From Malacoraja senta (Eukaryota), in assembly GCA_038087875.1 (NCBI GenBank), contig CM075996.1, positions 2,420,001 to 2,484,000 of the forward strand: 64,000 nucleotides of DNA, in the 5' to 3' direction. The notes beneath the pieces were generated by a model. That model was not told the origin of the DNA, made no database searches, and worked only from the letters and a program-made list of their open reading frames with translations. Within the stretch, counting starts at the first letter, position 1. The number at the start of each line of letters is the position of its first letter. The translations under genes and the position numbers were made by a program. Below are positions 1 through 13,239 of this stretch, one piece after another.

Positions 1-118
1 GCAGGTCACGGGGAGAACGGACAAACTCCATACAGACAGCACCCGTAGTCGGGATGGAACCCGGGTCTCCGGCGCTGCATTCGCTGTAAGGCAGCGACTC
101 ATTTGGAAAAAAACTCAC

Positions 119-243
119 CATACTTGGTAGGGAAGATTTCCTCATCAGTCAGTAGTTTTTGGATGTGAGTCATCACTAGGTCAATATACTGCGGTGCGGT
201 ACATTTTATCTTCTTCCCCCGCTCATCTGTCCAGAAGTACTGA
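119..243 (-). CDS. MOB2: MOB kinase activator 2-like, coding exon 4 (QYFWTDERGKKIKCTAPQYIDLVMTHIQKLLTDEEIFPTKYG); final exon lies left of the window
   Basis: Acceptor tttgctacag and donor G|gtgagt on the minus strand; 125 nt; phase continues exon 3; peptide matches vertebrate MOB2 as recalled (QYYWYDERGKKVKCTAPQYVD...FPTKYG). Confidence 0.93.
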
Positions 244-827
244 CTGTAGCAAAGGAAACAAATTACAACGTGGAAGATTAGCCTCACCATGCTGTAGTTG
301 AAATAGCCATTACACATTCACTGGCCTGTGGTAGTATGTTTCTACTCTGAAAAAAGTATTACAGCAAGCTCTGTCATTGCAGAAAGGTTTTGACGAAAAT
401 ATATATGCTATTTGATTACAATTTTCCTGCATGTCAGGCAAGTCATGTATTATACCCTTTGTTTAAAAATGAAATTGTTCTCAGTCTTGCAATTTTACAA
501 AATCCCTAGATTTTTTGGAGGTGTGATAATTGCCATCAGAATTGCTCACAGGTAACTATCCAGCAGTACAAAGGCCGATAATTCTTGTCGCACTATCCAG
601 CTGAGATTGACACATATCAAACAGGAGACTTATACTGGCTTGCTCAGCTCCTAAGTCCCTGGGGAGCTCTACAAGGTATTCAGCCAAGCAAGTTGTCGGA
701 CAAGTTGAAACAAGTAGAATTTAAGTTAGCATTATTAATGATCGGACAGATGGCAGTAAGATAACATGCGCTTCACCGGCACTCTTACCATCCAAATGTT
801 TTGTGTGATGTTATATTTATTATCAGC

Positions 828-1060
828 AGGAAGGAACTGCAGATGCTGGTTTACACCGAAAATAGACATTAAAAAGCTGGAGTAACTCAGCGGGTCAGGC
901 AGCATCTCTAGAGAGAAGGAATAAGCGGATTTTCAGGTTGAGACCCTTCTTCAGAGTGAATCATGAGTCTGAAGAAGGGTCTCGACCCGAAACGTCGCCT
1001 ATTCCTTTTCTCTAGAGATGCTGCCTGACCCGCTGAGTTTCTCCAGCTTTTTGTGTCTAT
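828..1060. mobile_element. Inverted pair of Penelope-derived terminal repeats
   Basis: GGAACTGCAGATGCTGG...CTTCTTCAGA followed by its reverse complement. Confidence 0.8.
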
Positions 1061-1720
1061 TGTGGCGCCATCTTGTGGCCGAGCCACTTTGGTCTCGAAC
1101 CTTTGTTTGTCAAGCTCGAGATCTCACGTATTTATTATTATATTTGTGGGAGCAGTTGAATGCTTGGAAAGGTTTGGTAACATTGTAGTTATGTTACTAC
1201 ACTAGAGTTGGAAGTCCCAGAGCTGAGACCAAATCCTCACACTGGCAAATGGAAAATTTAAATTCAAGTAATCAAATAAATATGAAATGAAACCTGGTAT
1301 CAGTGTTGACAACTGATTAAAAAAAAATTTTTTTTTTAATAAAAAGGTTCATGAATGTTAAATGTAAAACAAATTGTTGGATGAACTTAGCGGGTCCAGC
1401 AACATCTGTGGAGACGAAGGAATAGCCAGGTTTTTGGATTGAGATTTGGAGTGTAGAGGGAATGTAGCCTGTATACAGAGGCAAGAGGAAGGGGTGAGAC
1501 TGGGGCTGCCAGGTGCAGGAGGGCAATGATGGAACTTGGCTGGGGAGGGGGTTGATGTAGGGAGAGATTAGCTGGAGGGTGATGGGTGGAGTTGGGCCTC
1601 AGCTTTGTCTGCGATAGCAGCTCACACCTCCACATTTCTTCTTCTCGCCCTCTGGGGATTGAACTCAATGAACACTTAAATATGTAGCACATGACCGTTT
1701 AATGAGTGAAACGCACTTAC

Positions 1721-1814
1721 GTGTTGCAGGCATTCATCGCAGGGCAGGTCTCCGCTGTGCAGAACTCAGAGACGGCACTGTACTGCAGGTTTATGTGATT
1801 GAAAAATGTCATCG
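1721..1814 (-). CDS. MOB2: MOB2-like coding exon 3 (TMTFFNHINLQYSAVSEFCTAETCPAMNACNT); not in the ORF track
   Basis: Acceptor ttttattaatag and donor AC|gtaagt; 94 nt; phases chain with both neighbours; matches MOB2 TTTFFHHINLQYSTISEFCTGETC. Confidence 0.93.
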
Positions 1815-3183
1815 CTATTAATAAAAGCAATTAGGATTAAGAATGAGGCAGAGCATTACAGTCCAAATCAGTTATTTTAATTACAATGCTCTGTTCGCTT
1901 ATTCCCCCCTCAATAAAACCTCCCGCATCCAGAAAACAATGCTGAGATGTATCAATGCATGCAGGCACGAGAGTCGGCAGATGCTGCATTCTAGAGCAAC
2001 AAATTATCTGTGTAGCAAGGAACAGCACTTGCTGACTTACACTGAAGACAGACACAAAATGCTGCAGCAACGCAACAGCTCCAGAGAAAAGGAATAGGTG
2101 ACGTTTCCGGTCACGACCCTTCTTTAGACGGAAGAAGGGTCTCGACCCGAAACGTCACCCATTTCTTCTCTCCAGAGATGCTGCCTGTCCCGTTGAGTTA
2201 CTCCAGCATTTTGTGTCTGTCTTCGGAATAAATCGTCTGCTGGGCAAACAGCTACAGCTGACGTAATGCTGCTGTTATGAATGAGCTACAAACAAATATT
2301 CATTCACATGAATTTATATATTCACACGATTCATATATTATATACAAATAACTATTATATATAGTCTAATAGTTTAATCTAATGCCTGGAAAATAGTTTT
2401 ACGGGCAATCTGCACCTAAAAAGGGGGCACACATAGTTCCAATTTCTAGGCACCAATGTGCAAGAGCTTGCAAAAGATGCTCCTTCACTAACTCTGAGGG
2501 AAATATCATCTTTCCACTTACTATGTCACCCCAAAACCCTGCCTGCAATAAAATTAATAGGGTTCAAGATTCAAGTCAGAAACACTAAGTCCGATCATTA
2601 GGTTTCATTGGTGAACCCACGCAGGTCATGGGGAGAACTCCGTGCAGACAAGCACCCGTAGTCAGGATTGAAGCTGGGTCTCTGGCGCTGTGAGGCAGCA
2701 ACTCTACCGCTGTTCCACCGAGCTGCCCGGTGAACCCATCAATGGTCACATAACTCTGCAGATCCTATGAAGACCTGGCACCTTCTAGTCTGAATGACTC
2801 AGTGCGACAACATGGCGAGTATTTATATCCAGGAAGTCAGGCAGGGAATGCGTGATCAATTGTCGTTCTTTTATATTTTGCACGTCAGCGCACATTGCTC
2901 AGTCGCAGCACAGAGAATGATGATGGTGTCGACAACTCAGTGAACAGTGCAGTGAATCCACTGGCCATTAATTTAAATTATTGCATTGCAGCCAAGAAGC
3001 CAGCATGTCTTTAATGAGTGCTCACAATTGCACAGAGCAATAGAATGGGAAATCAATATTGCACTTGAATGGATTGAGTGCCTGCAGGAAGAGGCTGGGG
3101 GGGGGGGGAGTTTCCAGTTCCGTTCTTGGTTAGTGTCCCATCATCGAGAAAAAGAACGCATTAACAACACAGATTATATAAGA

Positions 3184-3323
3184 TAGACAAAAATGCTGGA
3201 GAAACTCAGCGGGTGAGGCAGCATCTATGGAGCGAAGGAAATAGGCAACGCTGCCTCACCCGCTGAGTTTCTCCAGCATTTTTGTCTACCTTCGATTTTC
3301 CAGCATCTGCAGTTCCTTCTTAA
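3184..3323. mobile_element. Short palindromic Penelope-derived insertion
   Basis: Inverted arms; flanking duplication ACAGATTATATAAGA (3169-3183, 3324-3338). Confidence 0.8.
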
Positions 3324-5423
3324 ACAGATTATATAAGAAATAGGTTAGTCTCTTGCGGAGGCCCCCTGGTGACGCACAAAGCAAGGTCACTAAATTGCGG
3401 GTTGCAGAAGAAAAACAGGTGCAAGTGCGGAACGCAGTGGTCAAAACGCCTGCACCGATTAACAGCCGGATGTGTCAAGTTGGTGAGCAAGTCTCAAGTG
3501 AAAGACCAAGGAAGATATTGCACGTGACAAAGGAAAAAGAAAGGGCAAAAAGAAAAAGAAAATGCTGCAAATACATCGATCATAATGTATTTAAAAAAAA
3601 GACATTAGTCTGTACTCGAAGGAGATCCGTCAGAAACACCGAAAATGGTGCTTTTAAAATATTAAACGCTTTCTTCCTGTCAGATGGATGTACCTCCTCA
3701 TTTTTTTCTCCTTGTGCGTTTCAAGCTGTGTAAAAGAACCATCCACTCCCCACAGCATTAACCACAATTAAGTCACTCCATTTCTGTTTTCTTTTTGATT
3801 TCTATCATACATTTAATTTTATTTCCATGACACAGAGGCGGACAACTACGGAGTTACATGTTAATGGAAAGTCATTTTTTGATGTTGAACTCCGGATATT
3901 GTGTTTTTTGGTACAAGTAGGAAACAATAATGTACGACCACAAGGGTAAAAACGGAATTGAAAATACTTTATGGTAAATAGGTTTTATACACAGTTTGAC
4001 AGAGTCTTTATAGATACAGCATGGAAACAGGCCCTTTGGCCCACTGGGTCCGTGCCGACCAGCGATCACCCCGATTCAATAACCTACACACACTGGGAAC
4101 AATTTTAAAACTTACCGAAGCCAATTAACCTACAAAACGTGCACGACTTTGGAATGTGCGAGGAAACCGGAGAAAACCCACGCGGTCACGGGGAGAACGT
4201 ACAAACTCTGTACAGACAGAACCTGTAGTCAGGACCAATCCCGGATCTCTGGCGGTGAACAGCAGCAACTCTACCGCTGGGCCGCAGCAGATAGGTATGG
4301 ATTCAAGCCCACCTAATCTGGCCCAGATGTTGTCAAGACTATTGTGCCTGATGTGGCAAGTCTTCATCTGGGATATTTGGGCCAGCTACCACAACCTAGC
4401 TCACGCCAGCTTTCAAAGAATAGCAGGGAGTGTCCTGCCGACATTCTTCTGACAAACAGCACTAATAAAACAAGTAAATGGCCAAACAAAAATCATAACA
4501 CCACAGATCCTGGTAATTTTAAATTAAAACAAAGGGATATTCAGATCGGGCAGCTTATTTGAAAAGAGAAATATAAGTTTGAGAGATTTTGGTATGTGCA
4601 AACTATTTGATTCATTTACCCATTTAACACTTTTAAAATATTGATGTTAATTGCAAAGTCAATTACTGTTTACAAAGTAATTTTGACTTTAGATGATAAT
4701 GTTAGAGCCTCCCAAAGAGTTTTATTATATGAACAATTAATAATTTTGATTTCATACCTGTCAGGTCAGTATTTTTTACATTCCATTTGAGCAAATACTA
4801 ATTACATGCTTAATCACCTGGCACCCTTTTATCAATACATCAATCACCAGATGTGACAAATGTCAAGAGTGTTAACCAGCCTTGAGCACATGGTTTAAAG
4901 TATATATTTTCTTCCTATCTTAATAAAAGAACTAGAAACAGAGAATTGCAGATGCTGGTTAATGCACAGGGCACAAATTGCTGGAGTAACTCAGCAGATC
5001 AGGCAAAATATCTGGAGAACATGGATACGTGACGTTTCGGGTCAAAATCCAAATAGAGGTTTCGGGTCGAGACTGTTCGACCTGCTGAGTTACTCCAGTA
5101 CTTTGTGTCCTTCTATACAGGAACTACTTCAGTGGTAAAGATTAGCAACTGACACTCTAGGGCTTTGGAAACGACCTTTCTTGAAAGAACAATGGGACAA
5201 ATGTAAGAGAAGCCGACAAGATAAATGGCTCACCAATTCTACACCCACCTCCTTCACCCCAACTGAAAAAACATACTTAACATGGACAATGCCAATAGTC
5301 CCTTTGCATGGAAAATTAAATGGGAATCAACACCACACCCTGGCAAATCTGAAGACCCGATTCAAGAGCTGCCCAAACTATTCTCTTGTAGCTGACCTTT
5401 AGCTTTGAGTTAGGAATACTTAC

Positions 5424-5587
5424 TGTTGTTTGCCAACCACTCATTCTGGTCAATTTCACTGGGCAAAGAAACCAGCAGAGGCAAGTCTACATCAGACACC
5501 CTGGCCGAGCTATACTCTGCATCCAAATACAACTTCTTCTCCTCAGTCACAGGCAGTTTATCGTCTGGCTTTGACTTTGCAGTCTTC
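5424..5587 (-). CDS. MOB2: MOB2-like coding exon 2 (KTAKSKPDDKLPVTEEKKLYLDAEYSSARVSDVDLPLLVSLPSEIDQNEWLANN)
   Basis: Acceptor ttttttctccctctcag and donor A|gtaagt; 164 nt; LP.EID.NEWLA.N MOB motif. Confidence 0.92.
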
Positions 5588-5659
5588 CTGAGAGGGAGAA
5601 AAAAAGAGGAAAACAATGTTTCAATAAATTGGAACTATTTTCAAAGTATTGAATCAGTG

Positions 5660-5953
5660 GGCGGCACGGTGACGCAGCGGTAGAGTTGCAGCCTCGCAGC
5701 GCCAGAGACCCGGGTTCCATCCTGACTACGGGTGCTGCCTGTAAGGAGTTATGTACGTTCTCCGGGATCTCCTGATCTACCTGCGTGGGTTTTCTCCAGG
5801 GTCTCTGGTTTCCTCCCACACTCCAAAGGCGTACAGGTCTGTAAATTGTCCCTAGTGCATAGGATAGTGCAATTGTGCTGGGATCGCTGGTTGGCGCGGA
5901 CTTGGTGGGCCGAAGGACCTGTTTCTGCACTGCATCTCTAAACTAAACTAAAA
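5660..5953 (+). mobile_element. tRNA-derived V-SINE (HE1-like)
   Basis: A-box/B-box-like head, V-domain-like core GGGT..CTC.GGTTTCCTCCCACACTCCAAAG, CR1-like tail and (CTAAA)n. Other copies at 1-98(-), 2610-2730(-), 4010-4285(-), 7968-8260(-), 26325-26465(-), 38404-38525(-), 41060-41205(-), 49755-50015(-), 60490-60645(-). Confidence 0.85.
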
Positions 5954-8315
5954 CATGGTCGTTTTATATATTCAAGGATATTTTCCCAGTTATTTTGGAT
6001 TACTACCATAGTTTGCAGTTACAATAACTGCACAATCACATGTTAAAGTATTGAGAGACCGACCTCAACAGCGCATGTAAACGCATTGGCAGCTTTCCAA
6101 GGGCTTGGTGATCAGGTAAGCACTGCATTCACGAGGACTACAAGCTATTTTTAATTCATGCCTTGGCTGAACCACAAACATACTTGAGTTTCCAAAATAC
6201 CACTTTTATTCCAGACAGGGGAGACGGAAAATACTTGTTTTGTTTGGAACATAGGAGGACCCGGCGTAGGGGAACTGCCGTGAGGAGGGGGGATCAAAGG
6301 AGGACCTGGCGCGGGATAATTTGTCACTTTGTCTGTGCCCTTTATGTGTCCACTCTTTGCATACCTCGTGTACGCAAAACAAAGAATATCACTGTGACTT
6401 GTCATTCATTCATCGTTTCAATTCCCAACATCTGCCATTCCTTATCCAAAATGTGACTGCACTCTTCATCAACTCCCCATGCCCTTCTCAAGCTCAAAGG
6501 CACCATCTAAGGGCCGTAACCAGAACGAGGTGGAAACAAGAACCGTCCCTCCGTTCCAACCGTTCTTTCTTCCTCAGATTCCCAAAGTGTTAGTTTCTTC
6601 CACAAACAGCAGCCTAGAAATGCAATTAAAAATCTGAAACGCTGACTTATTCTGGTCACACCGTTCCTCAAAGTCAATACTGCAGCTCAATTGTGGCCAG
6701 TTCTCCTGCCGAGGAACTATCTTGTGGTGCAGTTGTTTACGTTGGGGTTGGGAGACAAAGAAAATCAAACTCTTTAGAGTTATATTGTTCAAGTCAGTAC
6801 ATTGAACAGCTTTGTGCCTCATGTTTGCTCTGCACACCTAAGAGAACCCACAATGGGAACCACAAAACACACCCCTGGCTAATTGCTTCAATTCACAGAA
6901 GCAAAATGACACCGAAACAGGTTTGGAGTATCAATAAACTAGCGGCAAGTATCTATATTTAAAAAAAACACCATTTAAACTTCAACCAGTAAAGAGCTAT
7001 CAACAAAAGAAACAGCAAGGAAAGTGAACCGTCTCAAACAAAAACAAATCTGAAGAAGGGTCTCGACCCGAAACGTCACCCATTTCTTCTCGCCAGAGAT
7101 GCTGCCTGACCTGCTGAGTTACTCCAGCTCTTTGTGTCTATTTTCAAACAAATACAATATCAGTTTAGGCACCACTTTGAGCTCTTGGTTAGCTCAAAGA
7201 TATTTCGTACCAAAGAAAATGTCCTCTTGTGGATGAAGTCACCCACGCAGGCAAGAAGCCTCGCAAATAAATGGGAGCATCAGTGGATTCCAGTTCTTGG
7301 GATCCTTGGCCACCACTACTCAGACTAAAAGCCATAAATATCTTGAACATGAGCAGTGGAAATGGGGAGGGATTGATGGTGTGTGGAAGGGAGAAACAAC
7401 AGGACAATAGACAAAGATAGCGCTAAATATATTGTGAGTTTACATGTCGGGCATGCCATTTGCAAGCATATTTAAGCCACTTCCAATGTGCAGGTGGAGG
7501 AAGACTGATAGATAGCACTCCAGCTTGTAGAAGCATTTAGTAACTTGTAATCATTCAGGACAAAGCACTGTACCTCACCTACCAGCTCAAAATCTACTCC
7601 CTTCACCATAAGACATAGGTGCAAAGTTAGACCATTCGGCCCATTGAGTTTGCTCCGCATTCAATCACAGCATATCTATTTTTTCCCCTCTCAACCCCAT
7701 TCTCCTGCCTTCTCCCCATAGCTTTGAACGCCTTTTGCCGGTTTACCCTGGTTACCGTACCTCGTTATTAGGTCATTTCTATAGACCTTCACGATCGGGA
7801 AAGACTAATAAAAAAGGTAAAGACCATTCTGAGCTGGACATCCATGTCATTCCTTCATGACATTTGTTAAGATTCTGGAGTTTCCAATTTAAAAGCGAAA
7901 ATTCTTTCTTAAAATTATTTTTATGACAGACACCAGTGAGATACAAGTAAACAATGATAACAGCTTTCGTTTAGTTTAATTTAGAGACACAGCATGGAAT
8001 TGCCCGATGACCATCGATCACTCGTCCACACCCGTTCTATCTTATTCCAGTTTCTCATCTACTTCCTACACTCTATATAAACATTTACAGAGGCCAATTA
8101 ACCTACGAACCCACACATCTTTGGGATGAGGGATGAAACTGGAGTACCCGGTGGAAACCCAGTCACAGGGTAAACGTGCAAACCCCACACTGAGTTTAGG
8201 TTCAAACCCGGGTCTGTGGTGCCGTGAGGCAGCAGCTCTACCAGCTATGCTACGGTGTTGCCCATAATTGACGACCATACAGAACTGACTGCCAGTCTGG
8301 ATTGCATCAACTCTG

Positions 8316-8620
8316 AAGGTACACAAAAATGCTGGAGAAACTCAGCGGGTGCAGCAGCATCTATGGAGCGAAGGAAATAGGCAACGTTTCGGGCTGAAAC
8401 CCTTCTTCAGACTGATAGGGGGTGGGGAGAAGAAAGGAAAAAAGGAAAAAGGCGGAGGAGGAGCCTGAGGGCTGGGGGAGGGGAGGAGACAACCAGATGG
8501 CTGATGAAGGGGAGGGGACAGCAAGGGCTAGCAGAATTGGGAGAATTCAATGTTCAAGCCCCCAGGATGTAGACTGCCCAAGCGGAATATGAGGTGCATT
8601 TCCTCCAATTTACGGTGTTT
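8316..8620 (-). mobile_element. Penelope-like 3' fragment, same family
   Basis: Reverse-complement similarity to 35800-36070; 16-bp duplication GATTGCATCAACTCTG (8300-8315, 8621-8636). Confidence 0.8.
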
Positions 8621-9266
8621 GATTGCATCAACTCTGTCCGTCCTAACCCTTGGATTTTGCAGCTCCTGGTCTCAGCAAATTACAAAACCAGACCTATTTG
8701 ACCATGTATCTTGTGTGAAGTGCCATCCATAATTCAACCTGCATTATAGACTATAGACAATAGGTGCAGGAGTAGGCCATTCGGCCCTTCGAGCCAGCAC
8801 CGCCATTCAATGTGATCATGGCTGATCATCCCCAATCAGTACCCCGTTCCTGCCTTCTCCCCATATCCCCTGACTCCGCTATTTAGATTATGTTGGACGT
8901 TGTGATTCTTTGCTCAATGCTGGGATATTTCTCACCAGAATACTCAATCCCCCATGCTCCATTTCCCATCGAACTGTCGCTCTCCAGCCTGTAACTTATA
9001 CTTATTTATGACCGTCACCCGCGAGGATGGATCAGTTTTTTTTTTTTTTAAATCGAGAGCCATCAATTAAAGTTTGACGACAGGTTATGGACCACTTGAC
9101 GCGGAAGCCTTTGCCATGAACTCTTCACCAAATGACAAATGCTTTTAATTGTCAATTATTATATGTTCTGTTGTATCATGTTCTCTGGACGCATACTGAT
9201 GTCATTGCAACAAACTAACTCGAGTTTTGAGAATATGATCTCAAATTGATTTCGACCATTGTCATG

Positions 9267-9556
9267 GCAGCGTGGTGGCGCGGCGGGAGAGTTGCTGCCT
9301 CACAGCGGCAGAGACCCGGGTTCCATCCTGACTGTATGGAGCTTGTATGTTCTCCTCATGACCGCGTGGGTCTTCTCCAGGTGCTCTAGTTTCCTCCCAC
9401 ACTCCAAAGATGTTCAGGTTTGCAGGTTAATTTAGCTTCAGAAAAAATTGTAAATTGACCCTAGTCTGTAGGATTGTGGTTGTGTACGGGGATCACTGGT
9501 CGGCGCGGACTTGGTGGACCGAAGGGCCTGTTTCTGTGCTGTATCTCCAAACTAAA
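9267..9556 (+). mobile_element. V-SINE (HE1-like)
   Basis: Full head-core-tail structure as at 5660. Confidence 0.85.
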
Positions 9557-11154
9557 CACAGAACAGTACAGAACACAAATAGGTCTCTTTGCCCACGATG
9601 CCTGTACTGACCATCTCTTATCTGTCTGCACATAATCCACATCCTCTATTCCCTGCATATCCATGTGCCTATCTAAAGGTCTCTTAAACGCCACTATTAT
9701 ATTGTGCCTCAACCACCACCCCACGGCAGCGTGTTCCAAGCACTCACCACCCTCTGTGTAAAAAGCTTGCCTCGCACATCTCTTTTACACCTTGCCTTTC
9801 TCACCTGAAAGCTATGCCCTCTAGTATTTGACCTTTCAATCCTCGGAAAAGAGAGGGAAAAAATAGAAAATAGAGCGCGAATAAGGGGAAATGAAACAAA
9901 ATAGGAGAGATAAAGAAAACAGGAAGAGAGGGTTGAACAAGCAAATACTTGCTCGAGGTGGAGACAGCTACCTTAAGCAGGTTGTTTTCAGCTTGCTGAC
10001 ATACAGCGCGCAAAATTCCCCAGGGCTGATGCAGCTTTACGAGTTCAGGCTTGCTGCATTCCACAATTAATTAATCATTGCTCTTTGACGCTCAGCCCCA
10101 CTTTTGTCTATTCCACTGCTTGTTCAGTGCCAGTTAAGATTCAGCATCTGGCCCAAACCTGCCCCGGTGAACATAAACTGCCTTGGGCAAAGGGATTTAG
10201 TGACCACTACCCAGAGGGATGGGGAATTTTGTTCAAAAAAGAAACATGAAGGGCTGTGGAGTGTCTCCTTTGAATTTTACAAAGGAAAACCTTGAGGAAA
10301 TTTGCCCGCTTTAATCCTAAGGAATGAACGCTTTCAAGTTGCTTCAACTCCATAATACAAACTATTTGTTAGTAAATCCTCACAACGCAAGGCACCATTT
10401 CCAGGGGATGGTTAACTTACCTAGCTGTTTGCTACAATGCATACCAGTGATCATTTTAAAATTAATGGGAGACAAAAATGCTGGAGAAACTCAGAGGGTG
10501 AGGCAGCATCTATGGAGCGAAGGAATAGGTGACGTTTCGGGTCTATTCCGTCGCTCCATAGATGCTGCCTCACCCGCTGAGTTTCTCCAGCATTGTTATC
10601 TACCTTCGATTTTTCCAGCATCTGCAGTTCCTTCTTAAACATTTTAAAATTAATTCTCTTTTACTCATTTTCCTTCTCACTTCGGTTTAGGCAACATGGT
10701 TCTATGGTACTATGATACTATACTCATCTGGGCATTTTATAAGAACAGACCAGCTTTTTGAACTGTGGGGCATTACAGAGAGTCCATACTGAAAATGAAA
10801 AGCAGGAAAGCTGACAAAACGTTCTCTTCACTCACAGCTCTGGCCATTGTGTTATAAAGCTTCATAAAATAACACGGGGGCGGGGAGAAGAGATCCGGAG
10901 CCCATTATGAGATCTAGTCCAAACTTTAGCCGCTTGCATCTCCTTGACTGTGACATCAAGGCTAGTTGCAGCGTTTGGTGGCGAGTTTTCATAAGATAAT
11001 TGGGATGGGGGCATCAATGAAGATATCAACAGGTGGAGTAAGGCCTGGGCACAAAAGTGAGCCAGGAATCACCTGGAATTGGCTTTTGCACAGTTAGGGC
11101 AAGCTCTGCAGCATGGACACACTGTTTGTCAAGGTGGGCTCTGGGGTTGGCAGC

Positions 11155-11620
11155 TAAGGTCGCCAACTTCCTCACTCCCAAATAAGGGACAAAAGGTCAA
11201 AGTATGGGACTAATTCCCGACGGCAATTCGTTGGCCGACTCGGCCGTGGCTGGATGAATGATGCGTTGGCCCGGGTGCTGGACTGCACACAAAGCCCAGC
11301 TGGCACAAAGTCCGGCGCCCCATCCAACTCATGAGCCGATGATCGGCCATGAGAAGGAGGGGTGGTGGTGTTGGCAGTAAGCGAAGGTCTGAAGGTCAGA
11401 CAGCTGGCCGGGCTGCCGACCGACGGGGCCACAGGCGAGGCGTTGCTGCTGCACTCCATGGGCTGCACTACGTCGGGATGGGTGAGGCGGGGCCGGACGC
11501 GGCGCTCCGACCCGAGTAGTAGCAGTGAAATGCGGGACAAGTGCAAACCCCGTATGGGACAAACCAATTTAGCTCAATATACGGGATGTCCCGGCTAATA
11601 CGGGACAGTTGGCAACCCTA
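11155..11620. mobile_element. Non-autonomous hAT-type DNA transposon (MITE)
   Basis: TIRs TAAGGTCGCCAACT and AGTTGGCAACCCTA (2 mismatches); 8-bp TSD TTGGCAGC/GTGGCAGC; subterminal GGGAC repeats. Confidence 0.85.
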
Positions 11621-12819
11621 GTGGCAGCAGCTGTCTGGGGCTGAGAGGAGAGAGGGTGGGGCAGTGGTCAATAATCATGGGAAGTCAGGGACAGTTTCTT
11701 CCCAGCTGTTATCAGGCAACTGAACCATGCTACGAACAATAGAGAGCGGTCCTGAGCTACTATCTACCTCATCGGACATTCTCGGACTATCTTTGATCGG
11801 AATTTACTGGACTTTATCATTATTCACGTTATTCCGATTATCATGTACACTGTGGACGGCTCGATTGTAATCATGCATTGTCTTTCCGCTGACTGGTTAG
11901 CTCGCAACAAAAGCTTTTCACTGTATCTCAGTATATGTGACAATAAACGAAACTGAACCATACACACACACACGCGCACCACAAACAACAAAGGACACAG
12001 CAAGAACTCCTGCAGCACACCACCGGTCACGGGCCTCCAATCTGAAAAGGAAATGCTACAGATGGAGGAGTGTAGAGATTTCAGAGGACCACAGGAGTGG
12101 ATACGGTTACAGAGAGAGAGTGAGGGGGGAGGCATTTGAACATGAGGATGAGAATATTAAAACCTAAGGCAGGGAGGTTATTTTGACTGGATTCAATAAA
12201 CTGGAAAAGCATCCTCCCTGCCAAGTCGCAGTAGAACTTTGCATGTTTTGAAAAACTGTTTATGTTTGAATTCAGCCAGAGGTCCGTATTCTTTTGGATC
12301 CAATTTGGAACAAGTCAAAACACACAAAACAGGTTTAGTTGGAAACTATGCCAGCATGTATAAATGGATACACAAGTTTAGCAGCAAGATCAACATATGG
12401 GATTTGCATGCCTGTCCTGCTGAGTTACTCCAGCAGTTTGTGTCAGTCTATGGGAGTTAGACTCTTAACATCTCAGGCCCGATGGTAGACAAAAAAGCTG
12501 GAGGAACTCAGCGGGTGAGGCAGCATCTATGGAGTGAAGGAATAGGCGACGTTTCGGGTCGAGACCCTTCTATCACCTCAGGCCCGGTGTGCTTTGTGCA
12601 TGTTCGATGCCCAAAATACTGGCCCAACAAACATCACTTCTGATCCCCAACTTTTTGTACCTAGAATTCATTAGAGATGAAGAAATAAAAGGAAATAACA
12701 TGAGCAAAACTGAAATGGCACCAACAAACAAGGAAAAGATAAGCAAACAGAATTTTTTTAATAACTTTATTTCTTTAAGTGGTCTCCAGTTACATAGTGG
12801 ACAGCAACCTATAAACTGA

Positions 12820-13023
12820 TGTGTAGGAAAGAACTGCAGATGCTGGTTTAAATCGAAGGTGGACACAAAATGCTGGAGTAACTCAGCGGGTGAGGCAGCA
12901 TCTCTGGAGAGAAGGAATGGGCGACGTTTCGGGTCTCGACCTCGACCCGAAACGTCGCCCATTCCTTCTCTCCAGAGATGCTGCCTCACCCGCTGAGTTA
13001 CTCCAGCATTTTGTGTCTACCTT
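12820..13023. mobile_element. Palindromic Penelope-derived insertion
   Basis: Near-perfect inverted arms; CAACCTATAAAC on both flanks. Similar copies near 2040-2225, 4940-5110, 7050-7140, 10470-10640, 12485-12570, 14780-14905, 15207-15335, 20620-20825, 22080-22237, 28265-28420, 31255-31460, 32525-32615, 37110-37365, 37655-38100, 38530-38770, 50920-51015, 54635-54970, 56472-56560, 57675-57870, 62450-62650. Confidence 0.8.
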
Positions 13024-13239
13024 CAACCTATAAACCGGGATCTGCAGGCAGTTGGAATGATAACACAAGAAGCGAGGGGATATTGACTAAACGAGTGTGG
13101 GCAAGTTCTCAAAATATCTGGATTGCAAGAGGTATGCATTCCAATATGCGTTACTCTCCATGAGACAAATTATAGGCTGTCATCATTAAGATTTTAGAAG
13201 TCCATAACTGTCAGGTTGGATGTACAAGATCTTCACTAA

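Noticed and set aside
3353..3733. 126-aa basic ORF antisense to a MOB2-like intron
   Set aside because: Non-ATG start, A-rich composition and no homology or splice support.
5660..5730. tRNA-like A-box and B-box sequences
   Set aside because: SINE heads followed by the V-domain, not tRNA genes.
9801..10064. Minus-strand 87-aa ORF with an AAG|gtagct donor-like site
   Set aside because: Wrong phase for exon 2 in that frame and no recognisable homology.
10831..10866. Possible alternative MOB2-like first exon (ATGAAG...GCT|gtgagt, minus strand)
   Set aside because: Phase 0 donor cannot join exon 2, which needs phase 2; no similarity to MOB2 N-termini.
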